Sequence record: OP114734.1
From: Escherichia phage vB_ESM-pEJ01
Strand: one strand, 5' to 3'
DNA: 64,000 nt
A program made the position numbers and the translations under genes. The notes below the pieces were generated by a model. It had not been told where the DNA came from and did no database searches. It saw only the letters and a program-made list of their open reading frames with translations. This document shows positions 37,833-47,211 of the stretch, piece by piece; the stretch's first letter is position 1, and each line of letters opens with the position of its first letter.

Positions 37833-38358
37833 TTTTGATACGTGATTCTAATTGGATCATACGGTCGCGCGTTTGTTTGTATTCTCGGATAGCACCGATC
37901 CGGCTAGGCATACCATCCAGTACGCTCTTAATACCTTCTAGGGTAGTAATTTTGGCAATGCTATTATGTAACCCCATCTTATCGATCAACTGAATGTCGT
38001 AGGCTTCCATAAGCAGACCCAGACGTTCTAAAGTTAGGTCTTCTTCTTTTTCTTTCGATTCTGGAATCTTAGGTTCAATAGTAACTTCGGTAAAGAAACG
38101 ACGCTCACCAGCCCAAAACCACACACCATAACAATTGATAGAAGATTCTTTTAACGTCATCGGCTCGGTATCTTCACCGATAATGGTAATTTCACTAACA
38201 TCACCATCAGCATCAAGTGCTTCTACCTTAAACGAACGACCGTTCAACAGGTCAATAATCATACTGTTAATGGATGACGAAAATTTAGTCAGTTCAGCTT
38301 TTGATATTTCACACTTAATGTTGTAGATCTTACCTACTTCCCATTCCATAATAATCAC
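37822..38358 (-). CDS. paralogous-family protein, array 1 member A
   Basis: MEWEVGKIY..., ERRFFTEV motif, coiled-coil tail. Confidence 0.5.
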   Translation of the reverse strand: MIIMEWEVGKIYNIKCEISKAELTKFSSSINSMIIDLLNGRSFKVEALDADGDVSEITIIGEDTEPMTLKESSINCYGVWFWAGERRFFTEVTIEPKIPESKEKEEDLTLERLGLLMEAYDIQLIDKMGLHNSIAKITTLEGIKSVLDGMPSRIGAIREYKQTRDRMIQLESRIKNER

Positions 38359-38359
38359 C

Positions 38360-38869
38360 TCAAATAATTTTCACTGGAATACTATTAACAATCTTGTATT
38401 GTACTTGATTGTCAGACCCCCGCCACGGCTTCTTCGTTGGCATATCTTTAATATAACGCCCATCGATGAACATGTCAACTGATTCTACAATTTTTCTTTG
38501 CTCATCATTCAATTGGTCAAGGGTATAACCAGACCATAGCCAAATATCTTTATTTGGCATCCATGATTTTACTTCATCGATGATCCGCTGTACACCCTTT
38601 AAATTGCGTTTATACAGTGGATCGCCACCTAAGAATGTTAGCCCCTGAATAAAATCAGGTCTAAGCAGGTCCAGAATCAATCCCATTGTATCATCGGTGA
38701 ATGGTTCCCCGTTCTTAGGATTGAGTAGGCTAGCATTAAAGCAACCATCACATGCGTGTGAACATCCGGTAACGTAAAGGGAGACTCTCACTCCCTCACC
38801 GTTAACCATATCACAATCTTTAATATCGGCATAGCGTAGTTTGCCGTATGTATCAGAACTCATATTCAA
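38360..38869 (-). CDS. nrdG: anaerobic ribonucleotide reductase activating protein (radical SAM)
   Basis: CSHACDGC cluster (CxxxCxxC), size ~T4 NrdG. Confidence 0.85.
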   Translation of the reverse strand: MNMSSDTYGKLRYADIKDCDMVNGEGVRVSLYVTGCSHACDGCFNASLLNPKNGEPFTDDTMGLILDLLRPDFIQGLTFLGGDPLYKRNLKGVQRIIDEVKSWMPNKDIWLWSGYTLDQLNDEQRKIVESVDMFIDGRYIKDMPTKKPWRGSDNQVQYKIVNSIPVKII

Positions 38870-39080
38870 TTACCCCGAACTCGTTTACAATCTGCGCTTT
38901 ATAGTAACCACCGCGAGATGCTAATAGATAAGCTGGGCTTAGGTATTCGTATTCACGGATTTCTACTTGTGCGTTTTCAGTTTCCCAAATCAGTAAAGTC
39001 CACATATTTGATTCTCCTGTAAAGTTGTATCTCGTCTTGATGAATATAGTATAGGGGATCTCGCGATCCCCGTCAAGCAT
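38853..39080 (-). CDS. hypothetical protein (75 aa)
   Basis: ORF. Confidence 0.4.
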   Translation of the reverse strand: MLDGDREIPYTIFIKTRYNFTGESNMWTLLIWETENAQVEIREYEYLSPAYLLASRGGYYKAQIVNEFGVIEYEF

Positions 39081-39629
39081 TTATTTTAAATTTTTTCGAA
39101 TGTATTCAGACCATTCCTTCCCTGTCATTTCGGACCCGTTCTGGAAACTGAAATATTCATACGGCATCGAGTCAAGATAAAACAGGATCATACATCGCGC
39201 CATATAATACCAATCACGATTAAAGTAAACTACGTTATCACCAGTACCATCAACCCCTTTATCATAACCATCGCGGGTACGGGCGACCCATTGAATAGTA
39301 TCATTTTTCTCGCGGATCGTAACAGGTTCCCAATATCCAGCACATCCAGCATGACCACACGAACAAGTCAGGAAATATTGACCTTTTGCTTTGTTGTCAT
39401 CCCATTCACGATGGATTGGTTCGATCTCGTGAAACAGTGCTAAGCAATCATGATTATGCAACACTGGCTTACCATCAATCAATGCATGGAATGTATACAA
39501 ACGACCAGTAGACAAATAGCTATCCTCACGCTCAACCAGTTCAATAGCAATCTTTTTAGCTCGTTCTTTGTGTCGTTGTGCTTTACGCTTACGGTTTAAT
39601 GATTTCATATTCACCTCACACATTATCAA
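39081..39629 (-). CDS. hypothetical protein with Cys/His cluster (182 aa)
   Basis: CSCGHAGCAGY motif. Confidence 0.4.
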   Translation of the reverse strand: MIMCEVNMKSLNRKRKAQRHKERAKKIAIELVEREDSYLSTGRLYTFHALIDGKPVLHNHDCLALFHEIEPIHREWDDNKAKGQYFLTCSCGHAGCAGYWEPVTIREKNDTIQWVARTRDGYDKGVDGTGDNVVYFNRDWYYMARCMILFYLDSMPYEYFSFQNGSEMTGKEWSEYIRKNLK

Positions 39630-40036
39630 AGGTCGCGATATAGTACATTATGAAAATGAGAACTTGCATTACCAATATTGTAGATAATAAATTCTTCATC
39701 CGGCGCTTGCGCTACAAATTGAGTATGAGCAACCGCCACAACCTTAAAAATACGATCCGTGATCTTGTGTTTAATTTCGGCTCCTACTTCCATAGGAACA
39801 TATTCATGTGTTTCTGTTTCAGTCGCAAAACAGCCATCTTCTTCATAAGCACGAACAAATCGATCGCAATCAGTACGCTTAACAAATTCAAGAGTATACA
39901 ATTCTCGTGAATTGTCGGTATAGACTAATACAGAATTATTCTGATAGCGAATCACATACAGGTTATTATCATCGTCAATTACGCAAAAGCTACGGATTTG
40001 TGTTCCTTCGCCTTTACTCCAGCAGATATTAACCAC
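39626..40036 (-). CDS. hypothetical protein (136 aa, GTG start)
   Basis: AGAGGA RBS before GTG; overlaps ORF 39979..40173. Confidence 0.4.
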   Translation of the reverse strand: MVNICWSKGEGTQIRSFCVIDDDNNLYVIRYQNNSVLVYTDNSRELYTLEFVKRTDCDRFVRAYEEDGCFATETETHEYVPMEVGAEIKHKITDRIFKVVAVAHTQFVAQAPDEEFIIYNIGNASSHFHNVLYRDL

Positions 40037-40173
40037 AGTTCCTCTAATAAAAAACTTTCCTTTAAATTAAAACTAGCCAATGTGCTAGCGTGCATTTTAA
40101 CAACAACACCATCGCCAATTTCCAGTTTACGAAGTTTAACTTCTTTGCTCAGTACACAAAACATCATCATCAT
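39979..40173 (-). CDS. hypothetical protein (64 aa)
   Basis: Has its own PeSL-like promoter and conserved leader CACATCGAAAACAACGAGAGGA before ATG. Confidence 0.4.
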   Translation of the reverse strand: MMMMFCVLSKEVKLRKLEIGDGVVVKMHASTLASFNLKESFLLEELWLISAGVKAKEHKSVAFA

Positions 40174-40202
40174 GTTGTCCTCTCGTTGTTTTCGATGTGA
40201 GC

Positions 40203-40230
40203 ATTATACATTAGCTAATCATGTTGTCAA
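40203..40230 (-). promoter_or_regulatory. early-type promoter (-35 TTGACA, 16 nt, -10 TATAAT)
   Basis: Immediately after nrdD terminator. Confidence 0.5.
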
Positions 40231-40240
40231 CACCCCAAAA

Positions 40241-40268
40241 CGAAAAAGCCGACCCTTTCGGATCGGCT
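40241..40268 (-). terminator. rho-independent terminator after nrdD
   Basis: AGCCGATCC-gaaagg-GTCGGCT hairpin followed by TTTTTCG. Confidence 0.6.
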
Positions 40269-40273
40269 GAAAT

Positions 40274-42136
40274 TTACATGTGCTTAACGCGGTTTACCAT
40301 CTCGGAGTGTTTCCCGTGGTTAAATGGACGCAGATCAACAGATCCAAGATATCCACTAACGCGACGGATAACATTCATCTTTTCCAGATTGTCATTGCCG
40401 CAATCAGGACAAACAAAACCAGACTCGGTTGCTCTCATTTCCTTAGTAGATCCGCATACATGACATACATCAGAAGGAGTATTAACACCGAAGTAGTGCA
40501 ATTTATCCATTGCATAGTCTACTACAGTTTCAAGACCTTTCAGGTTGTTTTTCATGTCTGGGAACTCAACATAAGAGATCATGCCACCGGACGCCAGCCA
40601 GTGATAATCTTTCTCAAAGTCGATTTTCTCAAATGGAGTGACTTTCCGGTCTACGTCAAGGTGGAATGAGTTGGTGTACCAGTCTTTATCGGTAGCACCC
40701 TTAACAATACCAAATTTCTCTCTGTCCAGTCGATTAAATCGATAGCAAAGACTCTCGGCTGGCGTACCGTAAAGACTAAACCCAAGTCCGGTTTCGTCCT
40801 TCCATTTTTCAGTATAATGACGCAAGATCTTAAGAATATGTTTACCGTATCGCTGCGCATCTTCCGAATCAAACGGATGAACACCAAACAGGACGCTCAA
40901 TACCTCATGTAAACCAATATATCCAAGAGAGATACTAGCGCGACCATCTTTCAACACTTCCAAAATTTCATCGTTTTGATGAATACGGAAAAATGCACCT
41001 TCGGTATACAGTACAGGAGCAACATTGGCTTTAGCCCCTTTTAAAGCGTCTACGCGACTCATAAGCGCATCAAAACAAATAGGCAGACGATTCGCTAGCT
41101 CTTGTTCGAATAGCTCAATTCTGCGCATTACAGACTCTTTACCAGCACGACGCGCGGCAATAAGGGCAATACGCGGAAGATTCAGAGTCACAACACCTAA
41201 GTTATTACGTCCGTCTAATACTTCTTCGCCTTTCTCATTATGCCACACACCCAGGAAGCTACGACAACCCATCGGGCTAACCGGAACACTAGATCCAGTG
41301 ATGCTACGGTTATTCTTCGCAGAGATATAATCAGGGTAAAGACGCTTACTCGAACATTCCAATGCAAGTTGCTTAATGTCGTAGTTCGGATCTTCCGGTT
41401 TAAGGTTTAATCCTTCTTCTAAGAACATCACCAGCTTAGGAAACACCGGAGTTATACCGTCTTTACCTAAACCTTTAGTTCGAACTTTCAGGATCGCTTT
41501 CTGAATCAGTTTTTCTTCCCAGCTAGTACCCATACCAAAGGTTAAAGTCACAAAAGGCGTTTGACCGTTGGTGGAGAACAAAGTGTTGATTTCATATTCC
41601 AACGCTTGATACCCGTCTAAAGTTTCTTTTTCTGTCTTCTCTTGTGCATAGAGAGTATCAGCTTTGATTCCGTAGGTTTCGGCATCAGCAAGGTGTTTAT
41701 GATATGTTTTCTCAACGTATGGCGCTAAAACCTGATCGATGTTTGCGATTGTGGTCCCGCCATATTGATGACTTGCCACCTGTGCGATAATTTGAGCGGT
41801 TACAGCACAAGCAACGCCGATTGATTTCGGACTTTCGATTTGTGCGCTACCCAATTTAAAACCATTCTCTAACATGTCTTTGAGATTAACAAGACAGCAG
41901 TTAGTAAACGGCATAGCGGGTGCATAATCCATATCATGATAATGAATGTCACCGTCTACATGCGCTTTATAGATGTGCTCAGGTAACACGGTTTTAGCAA
42001 TCTGTTTAGACACAGCACCAGCAATCAGATCTCGACGTGTCGGGAATGTTCGCGCGTCTTTGTTCGCGTTCTCTTTGCTTACTTCGTTTTCTTTACCCGT
42101 TGCGATCTCTGTAATGTCTTTGATTAGTTTTTCCAT
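40274..42136 (-). CDS. nrdD: anaerobic ribonucleoside-triphosphate reductase
   Basis: 620 aa; C-terminal glycyl radical motif RRVSGYLG and zinc ribbon CHVCG..CPDCG. Confidence 0.9.
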   Translation of the reverse strand: MEKLIKDITEIATGKENEVSKENANKDARTFPTRRDLIAGAVSKQIAKTVLPEHIYKAHVDGDIHYHDMDYAPAMPFTNCCLVNLKDMLENGFKLGSAQIESPKSIGVACAVTAQIIAQVASHQYGGTTIANIDQVLAPYVEKTYHKHLADAETYGIKADTLYAQEKTEKETLDGYQALEYEINTLFSTNGQTPFVTLTFGMGTSWEEKLIQKAILKVRTKGLGKDGITPVFPKLVMFLEEGLNLKPEDPNYDIKQLALECSSKRLYPDYISAKNNRSITGSSVPVSPMGCRSFLGVWHNEKGEEVLDGRNNLGVVTLNLPRIALIAARRAGKESVMRRIELFEQELANRLPICFDALMSRVDALKGAKANVAPVLYTEGAFFRIHQNDEILEVLKDGRASISLGYIGLHEVLSVLFGVHPFDSEDAQRYGKHILKILRHYTEKWKDETGLGFSLYGTPAESLCYRFNRLDREKFGIVKGATDKDWYTNSFHLDVDRKVTPFEKIDFEKDYHWLASGGMISYVEFPDMKNNLKGLETVVDYAMDKLHYFGVNTPSDVCHVCGSTKEMRATESGFVCPDCGNDNLEKMNVIRRVSGYLGSVDLRPFNHGKHSEMVNRVKHM

Positions 42137-42180
42137 TGTATCACCTATGAAAAAGCGGGATTTCTCCCGCTCGTTGATAG

Positions 42181-42675
42181 TTATTTTACCAGTTCTGCTA
42201 ATTCTTTTTCTTTAGCTTCTAGTTCAGCTTTAAGCTGTTTAATCTCTTGTCGCTTCTTATTAGCGGCTTCTTGCTTACTATTTCGGATAACCTGATCTAG
42301 ATACAACTCCCAATCCTGAATATTTTTGATAATGTAACCGTCAACATTAATTGGTCGGAGATTCAGTACAGCTTCCAGTTTAGTTGCAAAAACTTTAATT
42401 GCTGGTGTGAAGTATTCATACTCGTTATCTTCAAACCAATAACCTAGACTTGCATTCTCAATACGAAGATGAAGTTTAAGATCAAGGTCTTTATCTTCGG
42501 TGTAAAGATCTTTCACCTGACCCAGCGAACTAACAACAACTTTAAAACGAATTTTATCTACACCACCAAACACATCAGTAAGTATACCAGCAATTGAGCT
42601 ATTAGCGCAAGATTGGTCGCTGAATGCGTCAAGGTTTTCTTTAGTTACAGTATACCAAACATCTTGTACCCACAT
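42181..42675 (-). CDS. paralogous-family protein, array 2 member H
   Basis: IRFKVVVSSLGQV module and K/E coiled-coil tail. Confidence 0.45.
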   Translation of the reverse strand: MWVQDVWYTVTKENLDAFSDQSCANSSIAGILTDVFGGVDKIRFKVVVSSLGQVKDLYTEDKDLDLKLHLRIENASLGYWFEDNEYEYFTPAIKVFATKLEAVLNLRPINVDGYIIKNIQDWELYLDQVIRNSKQEAANKKRQEIKQLKAELEAKEKELAELVK

Positions 42676-42705
42676 AATATAATCCTCTCATTGTTAAGTG
42701 GGAGT

Positions 42706-42733
42706 ATTATAGCATACTCCCTTCGCATGTCAA
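42706..42733 (-). promoter_or_regulatory. promoter cassette with GGGAGTA/TACTCCC hairpin over -10
   Basis: TTGACA 42733..42728, TATAAT 42711..42706. Confidence 0.55.
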
Positions 42734-43908
42734 GCACTAACTTTTTTCTTTACTGCTTTCACCTTCTGGCGAATTGCTCGAATCTCTTCGATCTCTTTTT
42801 CAGTCTCTTTAACAATTTCTTTGCGATTCTGAATATCTGTATCTAGATTATCATCAAGTTTAGGCAGCATGTCAATCAAGAACTTTTTAAAGTCTTTCAG
42901 GTTTCGGATAACAGCACCTTCACCCATTACCGCCACGCCTACACCATCCGGCAGATCACCAAACAGCTTAACCAGTTCAGACAGATGATCATGATCTTCT
43001 AGTGCTTCTTCCGGTTCAGATGGCAGTTCAACAAAGTTATAACGTTCATCATTGCTGATCAAGTGATACCAGCAAAGCCCGAAAGATTTCGGTGTATATT
43101 CTACACCATCAATTTCAACCGCGTCAACACTTCCATAATCATCTACTTTAGTTACCTTAAATCCTTGTCCCAGCTTTTGAACAATTTCAACAACATGACT
43201 TGATACAGTTTCAGCGGTAAACCAATATGGCAAATTATGCTGATTTGGTTTGTAGCGTTCACCTACTTTAAATCTCTGACCATCCGCTTGCATAGAATGA
43301 AATTGTTGTTTCGTGATTTCCGCGAAGTATTCAAATTCGCTACCGTCAAACAAGCAATTCCATTGATCACAAAAACGATCTGCCTTAACAGTTTCACCTT
43401 TCGCGGTGATCATGGTAGCTGATCCGTGCAATTCTTCTTCAACTAAAAAGCCATATTCGACAAAATCAACAAGTTTCATAGCTTCTTTGTGATCTGGATC
43501 ATGCTCTCCCCAGAATCGCTTAAATTCTTGCAAACCTTCTGGGGTAAACGAATAACATTTACCTTTTTCAAAGTAAGTCGGCATTGCATCCTCTTTCTTG
43601 TTCATCGCTTCGTATGCCTCTTTTGAGATACGTTTAAAGAATTTACGCTCATCGTGCATAATCATAGTAGCCCAATAATAAACGATATCCTCAGCGGAAT
43701 AAACTACATCTCCAGCTTCAATAGTAATAACATGACCGTGGTCATCTTTTTCTAATACTTTAAAGCCCTTTTCTACGATTTCAGCAACCCGAATATGACC
43801 ACGGCGCGAAGCATCGGTCAGAATAATTGAATAGCGAGAAAAGTCTAGAAACTCATCTTTACCGCCTTCACGGAATGCATAGTAATGACCTTCAAAGAAT
43901 TTAGCCAT
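42730..43908 (-). CDS. paralogous-family protein, array 2 member G (three module copies)
   Basis: GFKVLEKDDHGHVITIEAGD.., GFKVTKVDDYGSVDAVEIDG.., ERKFFKRIS. Confidence 0.5.
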   Translation of the reverse strand: MAKFFEGHYYAFREGGKDEFLDFSRYSIILTDASRRGHIRVAEIVEKGFKVLEKDDHGHVITIEAGDVVYSAEDIVYYWATMIMHDERKFFKRISKEAYEAMNKKEDAMPTYFEKGKCYSFTPEGLQEFKRFWGEHDPDHKEAMKLVDFVEYGFLVEEELHGSATMITAKGETVKADRFCDQWNCLFDGSEFEYFAEITKQQFHSMQADGQRFKVGERYKPNQHNLPYWFTAETVSSHVVEIVQKLGQGFKVTKVDDYGSVDAVEIDGVEYTPKSFGLCWYHLISNDERYNFVELPSEPEEALEDHDHLSELVKLFGDLPDGVGVAVMGEGAVIRNLKDFKKFLIDMLPKLDDNLDTDIQNRKEIVKETEKEIEEIRAIRQKVKAVKKKVSA

Positions 43909-43939
43909 AATATAATCCTCTCGTTGTTTAGACGGGAGT

Positions 43940-43968
43940 ATCTTACTACTCCCGTTTCATCATGTCAA
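43940..43968 (-). promoter_or_regulatory. promoter cassette with GGGAGTA/TACTCCC hairpin over -10
   Basis: TTGACA 43968..43963, 17 nt, TAAGAT 43945..43940. Confidence 0.55.
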
Positions 43969-44549
43969 GCGTTAAATGACTTTTGGATCTCTTTCAGTTC
44001 AGCTACTTTATCGGCGCTGAATTTAGCGTAGGTATCATGTCGAATAATTTCACTTTCAAGAAAGGTTTCCAGCCGAGATCTATTTTCAATAAGGAACTCT
44101 TTCAGGTCTTCTGCGTTCTTGATAAAGATTTTATTGTCGGTAATGTCATCTTCAATCGCAAAGGAGATAGAGCGAACTTTACCAAACAAGTTAATCAAAT
44201 CTTCCAGTGATTCTTCTTTCTTAACTGGTTTCATTTCTTCAAACTGCTTTTTAGTGATGCGTTTAAAGTATTTGCGCTCGCTTGCGTCAATCATGATTGA
44301 CGCGCCCTCATAATCATGAGTTTCTACCAAATATACTTTACCCATAACATTAACCGTAAGAACTTTAAAGCCCTTGTGAAGCACACCATACAGGAACGTG
44401 TTATGTTGTGGATAGCGTTTAACAAATTCCTCTGCGGACTCAGCATTACGGAAAGTGTAATAACGACCTCGTTCAAAAACAGCATCATTTGAAGACTTAG
44501 CCGGATACAATTTATACGTTTTCTGTACCATAATATAATCCTCTATCAT
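43965..44549 (-). CDS. paralogous-family protein, array 2 member F
   Basis: GFKVLTVNVMGKVYLVE..ERKYFKRIT. Confidence 0.5.
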   Translation of the reverse strand: MIEDYIMVQKTYKLYPAKSSNDAVFERGRYYTFRNAESAEEFVKRYPQHNTFLYGVLHKGFKVLTVNVMGKVYLVETHDYEGASIMIDASERKYFKRITKKQFEEMKPVKKEESLEDLINLFGKVRSISFAIEDDITDNKIFIKNAEDLKEFLIENRSRLETFLESEIIRHDTYAKFSADKVAELKEIQKSFNA

Positions 44550-44818
44550 TTCACTAATTGAACAGCACGGAACAGAATGCGCTCACACGGAAGCAGCATA
44601 AATTCCCAACGCGGATCAAAGTCTTTAGCGGTGTATGTTTTCCCATCAACCGAGATTTCACTTACATAACCAACAGGTGACACTTTAAGAACAGTAAACC
44701 CATTCTTGATGACTTCGTAGGTATCTTTCACCCCTTCGTATTCATCATCTAAGAAGTCTTTATGTGCTTGCTCAGATTTAAAAACATAGGCAACACCGGA
44801 TTTAAACATCTTACGCAT
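44546..44818 (-). CDS. paralogous-family protein, array 2 member E (single module)
   Basis: GFTVLKVSPVGYVSEISVDGKTY; track start 44878 lies in promoter, ATG MRKMF has AAGGAG. Confidence 0.5.
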   Translation of the reverse strand: MRKMFKSGVAYVFKSEQAHKDFLDDEYEGVKDTYEVIKNGFTVLKVSPVGYVSEISVDGKTYTAKDFDPRWEFMLLPCERILFRAVQLVK

Positions 44819-44849
44819 TGTTGATTCTCCTTCTTGATTAGATGGGAGT

Positions 44850-44878
44850 ATTTTACTACTCCCATTTCTTATTGTCAA
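44850..44878 (-). promoter_or_regulatory. promoter cassette with GGGAGTA/TACTCCC hairpin
   Basis: TTGACA 44878..44873, 17 nt, TAAAAT 44855..44850. Confidence 0.55.
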
Positions 44879-44881
44879 CTA

Positions 44882-45355
44882 CTATCTTAATCTTTGTATA
44901 AATTGTTTCTTATACTTCTTCGTGATCTCTTCTCTTGTATCAGCGTCACAATAATCGAAACCTTCTGCGTCCATAATAGCAACCATCTCCGCGCGTGTCA
45001 AGCGTGAAAATCGTTTTACTTTATCAACAGCATATTGAGGATGTAAATGATTGTTGGTGTAGTCTCCTTTGATGTAATTAACATAGTTTGTAGCCCAAAC
45101 AACGAAATCAGCACCTAAAGCACCAACACCAAACCGTTTAAAGTCTCCGGTCAACGATCCTTCTAGGCGGTTGCAACACGAATGAAGCAATCCCCTTACG
45201 CGGCCTTGCCCTTTCCCATCTAGATCGTGGTCGTGGTCAAGATGGTTTTTGCTCATATCCTCAAAAAGTGGCAATTGACAAAGGGGGCAAATGCCCCCCT
45301 GTTTTTCGAATAGTTCTTGTTTGTACTCTTTAGCACTCTTAGCAGTCAGTAACAT
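44882..45355 (-). CDS. 49: endonuclease VII (Holliday junction resolvase, T4 gp49 homologue)
   Basis: Blocks HLDHDH, G.VRGLL, FSRL parallel T4 endo VII; start at MLLTAKS. Confidence 0.8.
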   Translation of the reverse strand: MLLTAKSAKEYKQELFEKQGGICPLCQLPLFEDMSKNHLDHDHDLDGKGQGRVRGLLHSCCNRLEGSLTGDFKRFGVGALGADFVVWATNYVNYIKGDYTNNHLHPQYAVDKVKRFSRLTRAEMVAIMDAEGFDYCDADTREEITKKYKKQFIQRLR

Positions 45356-45379
45356 AAATTCACCCTCCAAAGAAGGTAT

Positions 45380-45673
45380 TTAACCATTAATCTTGTTTTT
45401 GACTACAAAGGATCTGAACTCATCAAAACCACCTATATAATCACCATTATAGAAAATCTGCGGCATGGTGGCAATAACTTCTACCCCTGCGCGATCCTGA
45501 ATGTCGGCAATGATAGAATCAATCTTTACCGGACGACCGTTTTCGTCTACACCATCATTAACCGGAATGTAGATGTAAGGGATCTTACGCGATTCACAAA
45601 GGCGCTTTGCATTCTGGCAATACTTACAGTTGTAACCTTCAAAACCAAAAATTTCTACCATGTTATACCTCAT
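45380..45673 (-). CDS. nrdC: glutaredoxin (NrdC-like)
   Basis: CKYC active site, TMPQIF..G..IGGFD block as in T4 NrdC. Confidence 0.75.
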   Translation of the reverse strand: MRYNMVEIFGFEGYNCKYCQNAKRLCESRKIPYIYIPVNDGVDENGRPVKIDSIIADIQDRAGVEVIATMPQIFYNGDYIGGFDEFRSFVVKNKING

Positions 45674-46418
45674 TCAGTTCTATATCAAGTTCATTTTCAA
45701 TAATATAGGCATTAACTGCCCGTGCCGCATCATCTTCTGTGTCAAATCTTCCTATATACACACCGCGAACTTTAGCACCGTAATTACCTTGTTTTGGTAC
45801 TTTGTAAACGTATCTATGACGGGAACTTGCTGCTTTTTGGAGCTTCTTGCCATATTCAGACTTTGCATATTCTATATCATCAATCTCGTTTATACAAGAC
45901 CTATCACCAAAATGTTTCAACGCTGCAAGATTATATGCATAAGCCGCACCGATCTCGGAGGGAAAATATCCTAAATGTATAGACTTCCCATCCAACATTA
46001 TTGCACCAGTCCAATAACCTTTATTCTTATTAAACGACACACCTTTATACTTCGAATATGTTTTGCATTTGGTCTTGCTCATATTCATATTATTTTGTTT
46101 GCTTGTCGTCTCTCTAAGGTTTTCAATGCGGCTATTATAACGATCTCGGTCTTTATGATCTATATACTTAGGACAATGACCATGAAACATATGATAGATA
46201 ACACGGTGCATACGTTCGTATCGCTCGCCAGTCCATACAATACGATACCCATCGGGGGTATCACTTCCAGCTAATCCGTTTATAACACCTTTTCGGTGCG
46301 GGTGAATCTTCCACCTAAGAAAACCATCATCATAATAAAACCGTGAATGATATAAATCATACAAACGTTTATCTTCTGGAGTCTTGTGTATAACCTCATA
46401 TTTTAACATTGGTGACAT
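45663..46418 (-). CDS. HNH homing endonuclease with two AP2 domains
   Basis: IDHKDRDRYNSRIENLRETT (HNH_3); YKGVSFNKNKGYWTGAI and YGAKVRGVYIGRFDTEDDAARA (AP2). Confidence 0.8.
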   Translation of the reverse strand: MSPMLKYEVIHKTPEDKRLYDLYHSRFYYDDGFLRWKIHPHRKGVINGLAGSDTPDGYRIVWTGERYERMHRVIYHMFHGHCPKYIDHKDRDRYNSRIENLRETTSKQNNMNMSKTKCKTYSKYKGVSFNKNKGYWTGAIMLDGKSIHLGYFPSEIGAAYAYNLAALKHFGDRSCINEIDDIEYAKSEYGKKLQKAASSRHRYVYKVPKQGNYGAKVRGVYIGRFDTEDDAARAVNAYIIENELDIELNEV

Positions 46419-47211
46419 AAACTTCCTTAGTATCGGATTTTTTACCCCCGCTACGGTCTAAACAATATGTTTTATCCAGTTCAACAACAGAAATATCATT
46501 ACGTTCGATAAAATCAAGCAAATGGTTGTTAACTTTCCCTTTGTGGTGAGTAACATTGCTTAATCCAAACTTAGTACCGCTAGACATTAATGATTCTATC
46601 CACATGTAGAATTTAATCTCTTCTTCTTCACTCCAGAACTTATTATATTCTGCCGACGTGATCCAATATGGCGGATCAAGGAAAACGAAATCACCTGGCA
46701 AGATCTCGATCTCATCATAACGACCAGACGTAAAACTGATTCGACCGTCTTTGTTTTCTTCCTTAAAATTCAGGACACGCTCTACCGCGTTTTCGTTAAA
46801 AGTCCGTCGGCCAAAATTAGCATTAAATTCGCCCTTCCGGTTGTGGCGGTTAATGTTGCTAAAACTATGCTGAATCAACACAAACAGCGATAACGGATCT
46901 GGATTCTCGTTATACTTCTTACGGAATGTCATGTAAGCGTCTTTATCTTCGCGAGACAAACCATTTTCGGCAATAATACGCTTGATCGTAGAAACCGGAT
47001 CAGGACACTCGTCAATCGCTTTGTACGCGTCAATTAAGCGGTGATCATAGTCATTAGCCAGCACATCCCCTTCGACGTACAGAGACACGCTCAAGCCGCC
47101 ACAGAAGGCATCAACAAAGCGGTTATAGTGCTTAGGGAAATACTTACTAACACTTGGCAATAACTTTTCCTTATTCCCAGTATAGGGAATTAAACCTAAT
47201 GCTTTCTTCAT
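46396..47211 (-). CDS. dam: DNA adenine methyltransferase (Dam)
   Basis: FVDAFCGGLSV SAM-binding motif and DPPY catalytic motif; blocks match T4 Dam. Confidence 0.85.
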   Translation of the reverse strand: MKKALGLIPYTGNKEKLLPSVSKYFPKHYNRFVDAFCGGLSVSLYVEGDVLANDYDHRLIDAYKAIDECPDPVSTIKRIIAENGLSREDKDAYMTFRKKYNENPDPLSLFVLIQHSFSNINRHNRKGEFNANFGRRTFNENAVERVLNFKEENKDGRISFTSGRYDEIEILPGDFVFLDPPYWITSAEYNKFWSEEEEIKFYMWIESLMSSGTKFGLSNVTHHKGKVNNHLLDFIERNDISVVELDKTYCLDRSGGKKSDTKEVYVTNVKI

